Below, piece by piece: positions 20,791 through 34,149 of a stretch of 49,083 bases of DNA. Source of the stretch: Paraspadella gotoi (taxonomy: Eukaryota > Animalia > Chaetognatha); contig CM119265.1 of NCBI GenBank assembly GCA_051294375.1, positions 25,512,350 to 25,561,432 on the forward strand, in the 5' to 3' direction. Numbering within the stretch: position 1 is the first letter of the stretch; each line of letters starts with the position of its first letter. Under the pieces are notes generated by a model, which was not told the DNA's origin, did not search any database, and saw only the letters and a list, made by a program, of their open reading frames with translations. Made by a program: the position numbers and the translations under genes.

Positions 20791-22351
20791 TTAAAAATAA
20801 AAAGATTCCGATCGCGGGATTAATTTTTCTCTCCCCCGGTTAATTAATCTTTTTAATTCAACATAAAAATAAATATTTATTATTCTGGCGAGGGGCCAAG
20901 TTCACCCGATAAATACCGAACGGGGTTTGGGATTCAAAAAATTACGTCGTAAAATACAGTAAATTTACGGGAGGACCGACGGGTAGAATCTGTTACGGTT
21001 TGTCTTTTCCTTTTTCTGTAGTTTTTTTTTTTTTTTTTTTCGTCAAAATTTCGTGACGAAATTCGGAAAAAGTCAAAAAAATTATTTTTTTGTAGTTGAC
21101 ATCGAATTGAGACTCGAGAATCGGATTTCGAGGAAAACCGCGATTTTTTTTCTTTTCCTCTTCCGGGGGATTTCNNNNNNNNNNNNNNNNNNNNNNNNNN
21201 NNNNNNNNNNNNNNNNNNNNNNNNNNNNNNNNNNNNNNNNNNNNNNNNNNNNNNNNNNNNNNNNNNNNNNNNNNNNNNNNNNNNNNNNNNNNNNNNNNNN
21301 NNNNNNNNNNNNNNNNNNNNNNNNNNNNNNNNNNNNNNNNNNNNNNNNNNNNNNNNNNNNNNNNNNNNNNNNNNNNNNNNNNNNNNNNNNNNNNNNNNNN
21401 NNNNNNNNNNNNNNNNNNNNNNAAAAAAAAAAACAAATCGTTGCGCCCGATAAAAATCTAAAAAATAAATTTATTCTTCCATTCTGTCCATTTAGATTAA
21501 CTTCCATTTCCATATTTATATCGATATATTTTTTTTTGTCCTTGTTTTTTTTTTCCTAACTAAATTTCAAATTGTCTCGTGCCTCTGGACTTGTTGACCT
21601 TTCCCGGGACGTTGTGTGGATTACGTTGATGTCGTCACATGATCCAGCATTGAAGGCAAATTTGCTAAGTTCACAAGGTTAGAGTCGCTCCGATGGCTTT
21701 AAAAGATCACCATATCGAAGAAAGGCCAGAGTTCGCGTGAACACGGCCATCGTGAAAGGTTTCAAATTCACAGCGGAAGAGGAGGGGAGTTGTCGATTTC
21801 GAGGAAGGGTCCAAATTTACGGGCTCACAGTCGACAAGAAAACGTCAACAATCCCAGAAGGTCGNNNNNNNNNNNNNNNNNNNNNNNNNNNNNNNNNNNN
21901 NNNNNNNNNNNNNNNNNNNNNNNNNNNNNNNNNNNNNNNNNNNNNNNNNNNNNNNNNNNNNNNNNNNNNNNNNNNNNNNNNNNNNNNNNNNNNNNNNNNN
22001 NNNNNNNNNNNNNNNNNNNNNNNNNNNNNNNNNNNNNNNNNNNNNNNNNNNNNNNNNNNNNNNNNNNNNNNNNNNNNNNNNNNNNNNNNNNNNNNNNNNN
22101 NNNNNNNNNNNNNNNNNNNNNNNNNNNNNNNNNNNNNNNNNNNNNNNNNNNNNNNNNNNNNNNNNNNNNNNNNNNNNNNNNNNNNNNNNNNNNNNNNNNN
22201 NNNNNNNNNNNNNNNNNNNNNNNNNNNNNNNNNNNNNNNNNNNNNNNNNNNNNNNNNNNNNNNNNNNNNNNNNNNNNNNNNNNNNNNNNNNNNNNNNNNN
22301 NNNNNNNNNNNNNNNNNNNNNNNNNNNNNNNAATCAATCAATCAATCTCAC

Positions 22352-22627
22352 CGAACGACATCATCTTTCTAATGGCGATCGCTGCGATGCCCGCCAACGC
22401 CAAACCACCAGCGATTTTCGTGACCGTGTCTGTAAAGGTGAATCGACAATAACAATAACAATATCGTGTGATTCTAAAACTACTCACCTCACCACGTACC
22501 CACTTACCCTCTCGCCTCTCAACCCACACGCCCACCCACAGACCCACATTCTTCACTCACCTGTCAGTCTGTCCATCGGTTCCGTCTCGCTGTCCGACCC
22601 CTGCAGACGGTGTTCGCGATTCGCCAT
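22352..22627 (-). CDS. 5' end of a spliced gene encoding an N-terminal single membrane anchor (rest probably in or after gap 21865-22331)
   Basis: Exon 22627-22561 (ATG..ACAG|gtgagt, 67 nt) is followed by a 131-nt intron and exon 22429-22352 (cctttacag|ACACG...TTCG|gtgag, 78 nt, phase 1-1). They join in frame with no correction to give MANREHRLQGSDSETEPMDRLTDTVTKIAGGLALAGIAAIAIRKMMSF. Confidence 0.55.
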
Positions 22628-23700
22628 CCTCGGACTTTTGTTCGTCCCCGCGTCTCTCGCTCTCTCGATGTCTCCGTCTCTCTCAATCTTGTCTCGTTGT
22701 TAACTTCGCTCGTTTTTATAAATAAAACGAGACGAAGGGGAAAAAATGAAAAAGAAAAGAAAAATTCCTGACCGGAAATCGATGCGGGACGTCGGACGGG
22801 TATCGATATTTTTTACCCGCTCGATCTTCGGCGTCGAATCTTCGCGTTTGTTGACATCGACGCTGCGTGTCTCGGCGCGGCGGCGACGGCGGCGGCGCGG
22901 TCCGATTTCTGAGCGGCGACGGCGGCGGAGGCGGCGGCGGAGGCGGCGAAGCGGTCCCAGTCCCGAACAAGTCGGCTCGTTAGGCCGACGGCGGGATAAT
23001 TCGATTTGTACCCAGTTGTTATCCCGCCGATAAATTATTCATTATTTTTTAGTTTGTTTTTTTTTTCAGATGCGTTTGCGTCGCTTCTGTGTAAGAAGAC
23101 TTTTTGGTATAACGGAAAATGAATTTAGAATTAGATTTTTAGTATGTATAACTATTTTGGATAGCGAAAGTAATAAAGTTTTAGTCAAAGTTTTCATGAA
23201 AAAATGGATGAGCCGTAGGAATCGAATAATAAAAGTAAAAAGCTTTCAATTTGACCGATTACTTAATAAACAATACTGTAATAATATTGTAATTATTTTT
23301 ACTTGTCGAAGCATCGTTGAATTTACTCTTCTGTAAATCGGGTTGACATTAGTCCGTCGCGGTCGTTGTCGTCGTCGTCGTCGTCGTCGTTGTCGTCGTC
23401 GTCGTCGTCGTCGACGTCGTCGTCGTCGTCTTCATCCTCATTTAAATTCTCGTCTTTAAAAATTCTTTAAAAATGATACGAGCTTTTTCGAAACGGCCCT
23501 CGAGGCATTTTGAATCCTAATCCTAGATATAGATGTAAAAAATGATAGAAATGGAATAAATGTAATAAGTATATTAATTAAAAGTAAGCGGTTTCTTTCA
23601 ATTTACTGCTCGGCTTCAATCTCTTCTTATTCAAACTCAGAAAGAGGATTACGTTGCGCTTCTCCCGAGACTGTCGCACGCAGGCGGTATCTTGTTACTT

Positions 23701-23930
23701 CTGACTGAACTGACTGGCTAACTGAATGACTGACTGACTGACTGACTGAATAACTGAATAGCTGGATAACTAAATGACTGACTGAGTGAATAACTGAATG
23801 GCTGGTTAACTGAATGACTGACTGACTGAATAATTGAATGGCTGACTAACTTACTGAATTTAACTGAATGGCTGGCTAACTGAATGACTGACTGACTGAT
23901 TCTAAAAATATACTGACTGATTGACTGACA
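23701..23930. repeat. (ACTG/GAAT)n-derived simple repeat
   Basis: Tetramer array of ctgactga.. with a higher-order tgaatggctggctaactgaatgactgactg pattern. Confidence 0.9.
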
Positions 23931-24029
23931 CGTCGCCTGTCACTCTCGTCCAGCGGGTAATTTATTCTCTGTCTTGACGCTCATTTCTCTTGTTACGTCG
24001 TCGTTATTGTCAAGTTTTTTCCCCTCTCA

Positions 24030-24063
<34 letters not shown>

Positions 24064-25746
24064 NNNNNNNNNNNNNNNNNNNNNNNNNNNNNNNNNNNNN
24101 NNNNNNNNNNNNNNNNNNNNNNNNNNNNNNNNNNNNNNNNNNNNNNNNNNNNNNNNNNNNNNNNNNNNNNNNNNNNNNNNNNNNNNNNNNNNNNNNNNNN
24201 NNNNNNNNNNNNNNNNNNNNNNNNNNNNNCCGTCTCTCTCAGAGTTTGAGTTTGGATTTGAGCAAAATTTGAAGGATTTAGCGAGAAATCGTGAATAAAT
24301 AAGGAGAAAAACAATGTTGACGTAGAAGAATTAAAGGGGAAAGTCGGGGTTAAAAGGAAATCAAACTGACTAAATAAAAAAAACCTCTATTNNNNNNNNN
24401 NNNNNNNNNNNNNNNNNNNNNNNNNNNNNNNNNNNNNNNNNNNNNNNNNNNNNNNNNNNNNNNNNNNNNNNNNNNNNNNNNNNNNNNNNNNNNNNNNNNN
24501 NNNNNNNNNNNNNNNNNNNNNNNNNNNNNNNNNNNNNNNNNNNNNNNNNNNNNNNNNNNNNNNNNNNNNNNNNNNNNNNNNNNNNNNNNNNNNNNNNNNN
24601 NNNNNNNNNNNNNNNNNNNNNNNNNNNNNNNNNNNNNNTTTTTTCCCTTTTTTTCCATTCGATTCTTCTGCTTAATCTCACTTGATCTAGTTAAATGAGA
24701 CGAATCTTAGGCGAATAAAAGTATTGTTAAAAAAATTGGAAAAAAAATATTTGATTTTTTTTTACACGTAGTATTTTTTTGTCGAATTTTACCAAATTTT
24801 TCTTATTTTTTTCAATCTTCTTTCACATCGAAGAGCAAAAAAATTAATAAACGAATGAATTAATGAATTAATACTTTGTAACTTGTTAATCTTTAAATCT
24901 GCGGGTGACAGATGAGGTTGAGTTGTCTTCGACATTCTTTCACAATCGTCACGGGGGCGTTGGTCGCGTCAAACATCTGTTAACGTCTTTCCTTCCCATC
25001 TGTAACCGCTTTTCAGATTTCTCACCACTTGAAGAAACACGAAAAGTAATACTTTTTAAAAAAATCTAACATTCGAAACTCTTCAGTCTTAACTCTTTAT
25101 CGAAAAAAGTAACAAATTTACGTCGGGTTTTTTTCCCCTTTTTTGTTTCCTTTTTTTTTTCCTTTTTTCTCTTTTTTGTTTCCTTTATTTTCCTTCCGTT
25201 TCCTTTTTTTCTTTCCTTGTTATCAAAGGTTTCCACGTTTCAATTTCTCTTTTTTTTTTTCAAAAGGATCGATTGAAGCTCTCTCGTGTCTTCCTACCCG
25301 TATGTAATACTTCTTACTCCTCTCCGTATGTAAATGTAATCGTATTGGATCCGAAATTATTCAACCACATCCGGAGGGGGCGGGACTCGTCAAGGAGTAG
25401 AAAAGATAGGACTCATTATTTTCCTTATTTTCTCGGGACGAGTCTCGATTCGTATTCTATTGACGAAGACACTCGAAAAATGAAAAAAACCAGTTTCTTC
25501 GGATCTGTCCACTTTAGAGTTTAGAGCACTTTACCTTTGAGAAGGGACGAGGAGGAGGAAGAGGAAGAAAAGAGGGATATCTGTAGTCGGTATCTACCAG
25601 CAGAAAGAAAAAAAAACGAAGAAAAGGGGAAAAAAAAGAAAGTGGCCCCGAGCTTGTCAGTTGTCATTAAAACTATTTTTTTCTTTCTTTTATTTATAGA
25701 TGTTGAAATGCTTAAAAAATCGTGTATCGTCTGATCCTTCTGATTG

Positions 25747-25780
<34 letters not shown>

Positions 25781-26115
25781 NNNNNNNNNNNNNNNNNNNN
25801 NNNNNNNNNNNNNNNNNNNNNNNNNNNNNNNNNNNNNNNNNNNNNNNNNNNNNNNNNNNNNNNNNNNNNNNNNNNNNNNNNNNNNNNNNNNNNNNNNNNN
25901 NNNNNNNNNNNNNNNNNNNNNNNNNNNNNNNNNNNNNNNNNNNNNNNNNNNNNNNNNNNNNNNNNNNNNNNNNNNNNNNNNNNNNCTCTCTCTCTCTCGT
26001 CGAATGGGATTAGAAGAGAAGCTATCTTAGCGCCCACAACTGATGTAGTAGAACCGCGTTTTTAAACCGAGAATCTCAACTCGTTAATTGCTTTCACTCT
26101 TTCTTTCTTTTCTTT

Positions 26116-26151
<36 letters not shown>

Positions 26152-29100
26152 TTTCGCATTTTCGCATTTTTTCTGAGCAATTTTTTTTTTACACTCGCTC
26201 TTTTTTCTTCTACCACTTGTTATCTCTCTCTATCTCAATCAGTTTACTCACTAGTTCTTTATCATTCTTCATCGTTTTCTCTTTCTCTCTCTCTCTCTTT
26301 CTATATTAATAATATAGCCTCCTGTGAAAATTGAAGAACATAAAAAAATTTTTTTTACAAATTAATGTTCACTGACGGTATGTTGTTTATAATTGACATT
26401 TAGAATTTTCGTATGTAACTTTCACGACGCTCTATTGTGTATCATCCAGATTTGTTTTAAATTTAATGTTAATCCTGACTTGGAATCTTTTGTTTCATTA
26501 TCCTTATGTCTTTTTACCTGTGTCCTTATGTCTATCTATTATGTCTATCTGTTTATCTGTCCGTCTCTCTCTCTATCTCCCTTTCTCTCTCTCTATCTAT
26601 CTATCTATCTCTATCTATCTAAGAACCAACACGTTGAAAGGATTAAAGCCACGAAAAAAAAACATGAGATCAAAATCCGTTGAAGATTTTTTATCTCAGG
26701 AAAAACTTCCCGATTTTTTTTTCTCTCTGAATTTTTTCCTTTTTTCTTTTTTTCTTTTTTTCTTTTTTTCTTTTTTCCTTTTTTCCTTTTTTTTTCTTTT
26801 ATTGGTTGTTATTTTACCGATTTCTTTGGCTTTGATTTCTTTTTCTAAGAAAAAAAATAACAAAAACAAATAAATCCCCTTCGATAAATAAATATCTTTA
26901 TATTTCCATTCTCCAGATAAAGTCCATTTCTATGCACACACAACAAATTCATAGCATCTCACATTCTCACTTACCGACCAAAATTTGTTTTTCGATCCTG
27001 AAATTCCATTCCCATACCTACTCGCAACCGAGCAGTTTTGAGGCCATATATTTGGCCTCTAAATGGCCTCAAGTCAATTCCTCCAACGATGCCCTTTTGT
27101 CCTTTTGTCTCTCAGCGACATCTCTCACGTTGGTGGTCAACGACGATCGATCGAAGAGACGTCGGTTGCGTCGGTAACGAAGTGTCGGTCAAAGCTGCGA
27201 TGTCGGCGTCGTCGTCGTCGTCGTCGTCGTCATCTTCAGTGTCAAGTGTCTTTCAACGATCAGTTGGTTCAGCTGCGTCTCTGAACAATGGGACGAGCTG
27301 ATTCCATCAGAGATAGAAACGAGATGAGAAGCGAAATACTTGAATTAATGAGAAGCGGAAACTGGAATTAATGAGAAGCGGAAATAATAAGGAATGGACC
27401 TCCTAACCTTCGTGAGAAAAATAAACTTGAAATGAGATTACTGTGAATTTCCGGTCACATAGTGATTTGACATCCATAGTAATTTGCAATCGATCGACTT
27501 GAGACATTTTGATAGTCACAGTTACGCAAATGAAACGATTTACCAGTTAAATTTGGTCAATACCGTTTCAATTAGGTGATATTATCACTTACTATCACTC
27601 AGAATATCATCTCGTGAAGCGAGAAAAGAAGAAACTTTTGTGAGTTTTTTCTTTCGTCTTTGTGAAAATCGTTTTTTCATTCTGGACGGGTTCGTAATCA
27701 CAGTCAGTTGAGCGAAATCAATGAGACCCTGGACGCAGTTTCACATTTGGAATTGATCTCACTTAGAATCTTTCTCTCTCTCTCTCTCTCTCTCCTCTTC
27801 TCTCTCTCTCTCTCTCTCTTCCTCTCTCTTCTCTCTCTTCTCTTTTCTCGAAATTTCCCTTTCACAGTTCGGACGGCCCTTGTGCCACAGATTCTTCTCC
27901 CCCCGTTATTCTCGCACGATCTGAGAAAGAGAGATGAGGAAGAGGAGAGGAGATGAATGAGAGAGAGGGAGGAGAGAAGAGAGAGAGAGAGAGAGAAGAG
28001 AGAGACCTCTTCTCTTCTTGTTTAAATCCTTTAGTGTACAGTGGAAGTAAACATTTCGTCTCGAGTCTTGGATTCTTCTTCTCGGTTTTGACTTCCTTTT
28101 CTTTTCTTCTTCTTTTTACCTTGAGGGGGTTTGAGGGTTGGAGTGGGTGCTAACTTTTTGAAAAGGTGATTGGTTGGTTTGGTGGTTGGATTGGTTGGTT
28201 GGGAACAGGTCATCCGATTGGGAAAGAGGATGTGGAAAAGAATGAAAACTTCACGGATTTGTTAGAGAAAAACAAAAAAGTATACAATGTATAGAAAGAA
28301 GAGAGAGAGAGAGAAAAAGAGATAGAGAGAAAGAGAGAGAGAGGAGAGATGAGAGATAGAGAGAGAGAGAGATGACGAGACGAGAGACCGAGACGAGCAG
28401 AGAGATGAGGAGTACGAGAGGAGAGGAGAGAGAGAGAGAGACGTGAGAGAAGGAGAGAGAAAGGACGCGCCTGAGGACACAGGTTGAAAACAAACAAAGA
28501 AAAGGTTGAGTTCGAACTGACCAGTGCGGCGTGGAGGCGTGTTATTCATCGCCCCCGCCCCCTATCTGTCTCTCTCTCTCTCTCGTGGTTTTCTACCGTT
28601 ACGTTTTACACTCTCAGGCTCTCTCTCTCTCTCTCTCCCCGCCCACCGATCGATGACGCGCGCATGACATCGTCTCAAGTTACTTCATAATCTCCGTTGG
28701 CGTCGGAGAATCTGACGCCGCGCGGCGTAAGACTGCATGCAACGTCGCTGCATACTATGCCTCTCCATGTCACGCTACTGGCACTTTATCGTTAAACCAT
28801 GCCTTTCTCTTTTCAATTCATGTTTTTTAACTAACACTAATTTTTAAGAAAATGCTGTTATCTTTTTTTCACTTAGTTTAACCTTTTCTTTTCTTTTCTT
28901 GTTTCCTGTTTTCTCATCAACCTTAACTCCCCCCGCCTTCCATTTCCTTAATTGTCTCTGTCTCTCTCTCACTTCCTCCTCATCCTCTTCTTCCACCTCC
29001 TCCTCCCCCTTCTCATCTCTGACCGACNNNNNNNNNNNNNNNNNNNNNNNNNNNNNNNNNNNNNNNNNNNNNNNNNNNNNNNNNNNNNNNNNNNNNNNNN

Positions 29101-30840
29101 NNNNNNNNNNNNNNNNNNNNNNNNNNNNNNNNNNNNNNNNNNNNNNNNNNNNNNNNNNNNNNNNNNNNNNNNNNNNNNNNNNNNNNNNNNNNNNNNNNNN
29201 NNNNNNNNNNNNNNNNNNNNNNNNNNNNNNNNNNNNNNNNNNNNNNNNNNNNNNNNNNNNNNNNNNNNNNNNNNNNNNNNNNNNNAAGAAAGAAAGAAAG
29301 AAAGAAAGAAAGAAACTGTCCCTAAGCCATCTCTCTCTTGTTGTCTTTCTTCGAGCTTCTAAAACCTTTTCCCGATAGAGACTAAGATATTTTGAAAGAG
29401 AAAAACTTCGCCAAATCCTTTTCTTTCTCTTTTCATCCTTTTTTTTCCTTTTATTTTTTCCTTTTTCCTTTATTCATCCTTCTATTTTCCTATCATTTTT
29501 TTCTTAATCTCAAACCTTTCCTTAGCTTAGCTTCCTTTGTTTCACTCGTCCATCTTTCCTAATATATATATATACACTCATACATTCCCCCCTCTTCTCC
29601 TTTGCCTCTTTTCCTCCTCCCCATTCGTCGACAAGAACCGCAAAATTTCTCAAAATTCATCGAAGATCAAATTTGAAAGAAGCTCAATCGAGATATCACT
29701 TCAACCAGAGATTATCTCCCGAAAATTCATTTCTCTCTTCTCGAACAATTTGACTTTTAGATTTGAGTAAAAGTNNNNNNNNNNNNNNNNNNNNNNNNNN
29801 NNNNNNNNNNNNNNNNNNNNNNNNNNNNNNNNNNNNNNNNNNNNNNNNNNNNNNNNNNNNNNNNNNNNNNNNNNNNNNNNNNNNNNNNNNNNNNNNNNNN
29901 NNNNNNNNNNNNNNNNTCTGGCACTCTCCGAGCGCTAGATTTCTTTGCCTGGAATTCAGTTCTCACAACAAGACCTGACCGAGGAGAGATCTAAATGCTG
30001 ATTGGTCCGCTGTAAGCGTTTCTTAACTGTGATTGGTTCACGTTTCCTTAAAAACTGGCTCGTTTGTTTCTGGAATGAACTCCCAAAGTCATAAGGAAGC
30101 AAGATGTTTCTCGAGACAAATTAATAAAGAGGAAGACATACTTCTTTCATATTTTCTCTGTTTTTACTGCTTGAACGAATGCCCGCTTTCTTTTGGCGAA
30201 ATGCCGAAATTTTTTTCAATTCTTTTTTTAAATTCGTCATACTTTTATAATAAATTATAATAATATTATGTGTTGTTAACCCTGTTTAAATTTTTACTTC
30301 TCAGCAAAACATTTTTAACGACGTCACTCCAATCATCAAAACAATCTAGGGCTGCACGCTAATCCAAAATTTGAATTTCAAATTACCCTTTTTTTTTTCA
30401 CAATCCGCATTTTTTTTGCCTCCAGCAAACATTTCTCTCTCTCTCTCNNNNNNNNNNNNNNNNNNNNNNNNNNNNNNNNNNNNNNNNNNNNNNNNNNNNN
30501 NNNNNNNNNNNNNNNNNNNNNNNNNNNNNNNNNNNNNNNNNNNNNNNNNNNNNNNNNNNNNNNNNNNNNNNNNNNNNNNNNNNNNNNNNNNNNNNNNNNN
30601 NNNAAATAACAAGAAAGAAAACCGGCGGGATCCCCGGGAAACACAAGTGGCCCGTGATTCCTTCAAATTTTCGTCTTCCTCTCAAAAATGCGGTCGATCG
30701 TCTTTTGTTTACGAAACCATATTCCCCTTTTTTTTTCCTTCGAAAGTTGATTGTGTTGATGGACGGATTTAGGGAGAGAGGATGCTTGCAGAGCAAGCAG
30801 AGGGATGCTTGTATAAATTAGGATCGAAGACAAACTTTCT

Positions 30841-30895
<55 letters not shown>

Positions 30896-31800
30896 AAGAA
30901 TTTCCAGGGTTTGAGAAAAATCGACTTCGAACAAAAGGCGACAATTTTTTTTTCTGTTTCAATTGGAAACGAAAAAGAAAATCAAAGCTCACCCAGGACC
31001 ACCGAAGTCCGAGTGGTGATGATAAAGACGCTTTAACTTAACTTTATTTCTCTATAAGATAGAAGATGAAAGAAATANNNNNNNNNNNNNNNNNNNNNNN
31101 NNNNNNNNNNNNNNNNNNNNNNNNNNNNNNNNNNNNNNNNNNNNNNNNNNNNNNNNNNNNNNNNNNNNNNNNNNNNNNNNNNNNNNNNNNNNNNNNNNNN
31201 NNNNNNNNNNNNNNNNNNNNNNNNNNNNNNNNNNNNNNNNNNNNNNNNNNNNNNNNNNNNNNNNNNNNNNNNNNNNNNNNNNNNNNNNNNNNNNNNNNNN
31301 NNNNNNNNNNNNNNNNNNNNNNNNNNNNNNNNNNNNNNNNNNNNNNNNNNNNNNNNNNNNNNNNNNNNNNNNNNNNNNNNNNNNNNNNNNNNNNNNNNNN
31401 NNNNNNNNNNNNNNNNNNNNNNNNNNNNNNNNNNNNNNNNNNNNNNNNNNNNNNNNNNNNNNNNNNNNNNNNNNNNNNNNNNNNNNNNNNNNNNNNNNNN
31501 NNNNNNNNNNNNNNNNNNNNNNNNNNNNNNNNNGTGTGAGGGAAGCCGGAAAAAATAACCGGATAGAGTTAAGTCTAAAGGTTAAGAAGAAGCCGGGGAA
31601 GAAACCGGAAAAAAAGGTCGGCCCATCTTCGGTTAAACCGGAAGTTGAGGGCATAAAGAAACATTGTGGATTGGAATGACAGTTTGTTTCCGTTTGTTAA
31701 TAAGAATGGAAGGAAGTTTAATGGTGAAGAATTGGTGAGAAGATTGTGAGTCCAGGTGGAGATAAGGAAATGAGAAAGGGCAGACAGACAGACCGACACT

Positions 31801-31871
<71 letters not shown>

Positions 31872-34149
31872 GAGAGAGAGAGAGAGAGATATCTCCCATG
31901 AATTTGGTACTAAAAAGTCGCAAACCCGCGAAGCGAAATTTCATAATCAAGACTTGAGAAACGAAGCGGGAACTTTCTTTTTCTTTCTTTCTTTTTCGCA
32001 TTTTTCTTTCGTTCTTTGTTCTTTCTTTTCTTTTTCTATCTTTGTCTTATTTTTCTTCCTTTTTTTTCTTTCTTTCTTTTATTTCTCGTTTTCTTTCCTC
32101 AATATTTTTTTTCGTTCCTAATTTTTCTTTTCTTATTTCAATTTGCGCCAAAAGTTTGAAAATGCAAAGATGTTTTTAAGTCGGCGGCGGCGGCGGCGGC
32201 GGCGGCGCACGCTGATACATCCTCCAGGAAAAAATAAAAATTTCAAAAGGCAGCGAAAAAGGTCATGTACGAACTTCGATTTCAATAGTTTTAAATGACA
32301 CAAGGTGAACTTGGTCTTGCGGATTTGACCAAAAAGATCGAAAAATTCGTAACTTTTCTTTCTTATCTTTCGACTCTCTTTACTTCTCTACCAAAAATAA
32401 AAAACTTTTTTCTTTATTCTACTCGTCATTCTTCTAATTCATGTCAATTGAGATAAATGATTACGGCGTTAAAAGCTAGACGTCTCAAACTTAATCATAT
32501 CCAAAATCCAAATTCGTATCTTTTTTTTTCCTACATAGTAATATATTTTTTACTTATATATTCCACATATTTTTTCTTTAAAAAAATATACAAAAACAAT
32601 TTACTATAGGTCACATCGTTTACCCAGGCTTTTACATCAACATCTGACGAATTCTATGGTTTCATTAGGCTCAAGAAAGGTTTCCTTGACACCTCAGTTA
32701 CATGGCGATAATATCGATTCAATAAAATTAAGAGAGAAAATTGATTTTGCCAAGAGGTATAAATTATGAAATGGATTCAAAATATATTAAGAAATTAACT
32801 ACTTCCCTGAAATTGAATTTTCTTTGTAGTTTACTTCGTCTTTACCTCGGTTTATCATATTTAAAAAATTGACATAGTTTTATAGTTAGTAAATAAGTTT
32901 TGGCTATACGGTTGTAGCGGATTTAGCCGGTTTTGAAGTTTAAGAAAGAAAATACCTCACCAGTGATAAGTCAATTCATCGAAAATAACAAAGAAAGACA
33001 CAAGGTTTCAATATTTTTCTTTGACGACTTTCTCATATTCGTTTACCCAGGTTTATCCTAACTTAGTATCATGTCAGGTTTTACATGTTCCACATCTAGG
33101 TTTCCCAGCAATTCGATGTTAATGCGGCTTTTTAGCGATTTTGAGTTTTTAAAGGAGAAACAAGCTTTGCCAATGAACTACTCCAACATCAAAACTAACA
33201 AAGAAGAAACGAGGTTTTCATTTTTTCCAACTTTTTACTTGAATGAGTTTGTTTTCATGCAGGTTCTTATAAAAGGGAAAGAAATTTAGGTCTTTAAACA
33301 GCTTGCCCGAATTACATTGATTAGGGTTGAGCGAATTTTTTGCGTTTACTGTCTTAATGAGTAACAGCCAACATAAAACCCATAGCATAATCCGAAAATT
33401 AAACAATATAAACAGGCGATCTCTGGCTGCCTGCACCCGACTCATTATTTCATGTCACGTTAAGGTCATGGTCACGTCATGTCATGTCACGAGTACACGC
33501 GATAAAGGTAGTCACTGCGGCAACACATTTGATTAAGTTCTTAGATTTTATAAGTTTGCGATATTTGTCGGCTTAATCCGCATCGTTTCGTCATTGTCCT
33601 TTTTTTTCCCTCTTTTTCTCATCCTCTCTTCAATGTTTCTGCTTTGTCGTTTCTCTTGTTGTTCTCTTCTCCACATTGTTTCCAATGTCATCGTTTTAAT
33701 AGTCTCGTCGTCATCGTGTCTGTTTCTATATCATCCACTCATGCACAACGTTTGTCTAGGATTGTTTCTCTCTTCTTTCTCTCCTCATCTGTCCTGTCTT
33801 CCTCTCTCTTTCTCTTTCGTCTCTGCTCTGTCTCTCTCTCCTAAATCTTCTCTTTTCTTTCCTTCTCTCTGTACGATCTTCTTTGCGTGATCGTTTTTTG
33901 AAAATTTGATTATTTTTTTCCGTTTATAAACTGTTATTAACAGCATTTATATTCACGTTTACTCATGGAAAATCCCAATTTACATCCGAGGATTTTCTGG
34001 ATTTTCTCTTTCTTTCTCTCTCTCTTTTCCTTCTTTCTCTCTCTCTCTTTTTTCTCTCTCTTTCCTCTCGTTCTTTCTCTCTCTCTTTCACTCATACACG
34101 TATTGATTTGTTTTTTTATGATGAATGATTATCATCCTCAATGATGACT

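Larger units (their letters stand above)
20013..31533. other. Fragmented scaffold segment with ten sized N gaps
   Basis: The gaps are at about 20013-20615, 21175-21422, 21865-22331, 24064-24229, 24392-24638, 25781-25985, 29028-29285, 29775-29917, 30448-30603 and 31078-31533. Several are flanked by (CT)n, (AAAG)n or homopolymer runs. Confidence 0.95.

Noticed and set aside
21683-21864. Plus-strand open frame (..VNTAIVKGFKFTAEEEGSCRFRGRVQIYGLTVDKK..) next to a gap
   Set aside because: The acceptor context is weak and no homology was recognised. It may equally be the 3' part of the minus-strand gene.
23340-23530. Minus-strand poly-Asp frame from (GTC)n (similar at 19727-19790)
   Set aside because: An in-frame stop lies just upstream and there is no coherent splice structure. 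(GTC)n tracts are common in non-coding parts of this window.
24890-25035. Short coding-looking minus-strand segment (MFDATNAPVTIVKECRRQLNLICHPQI*)
   Set aside because: It is only 27 codons, with no linkable upstream exon and no recognisable motif.
20008-31654. ORFs containing long X runs
   Set aside because: They are open only because they cross N gaps.
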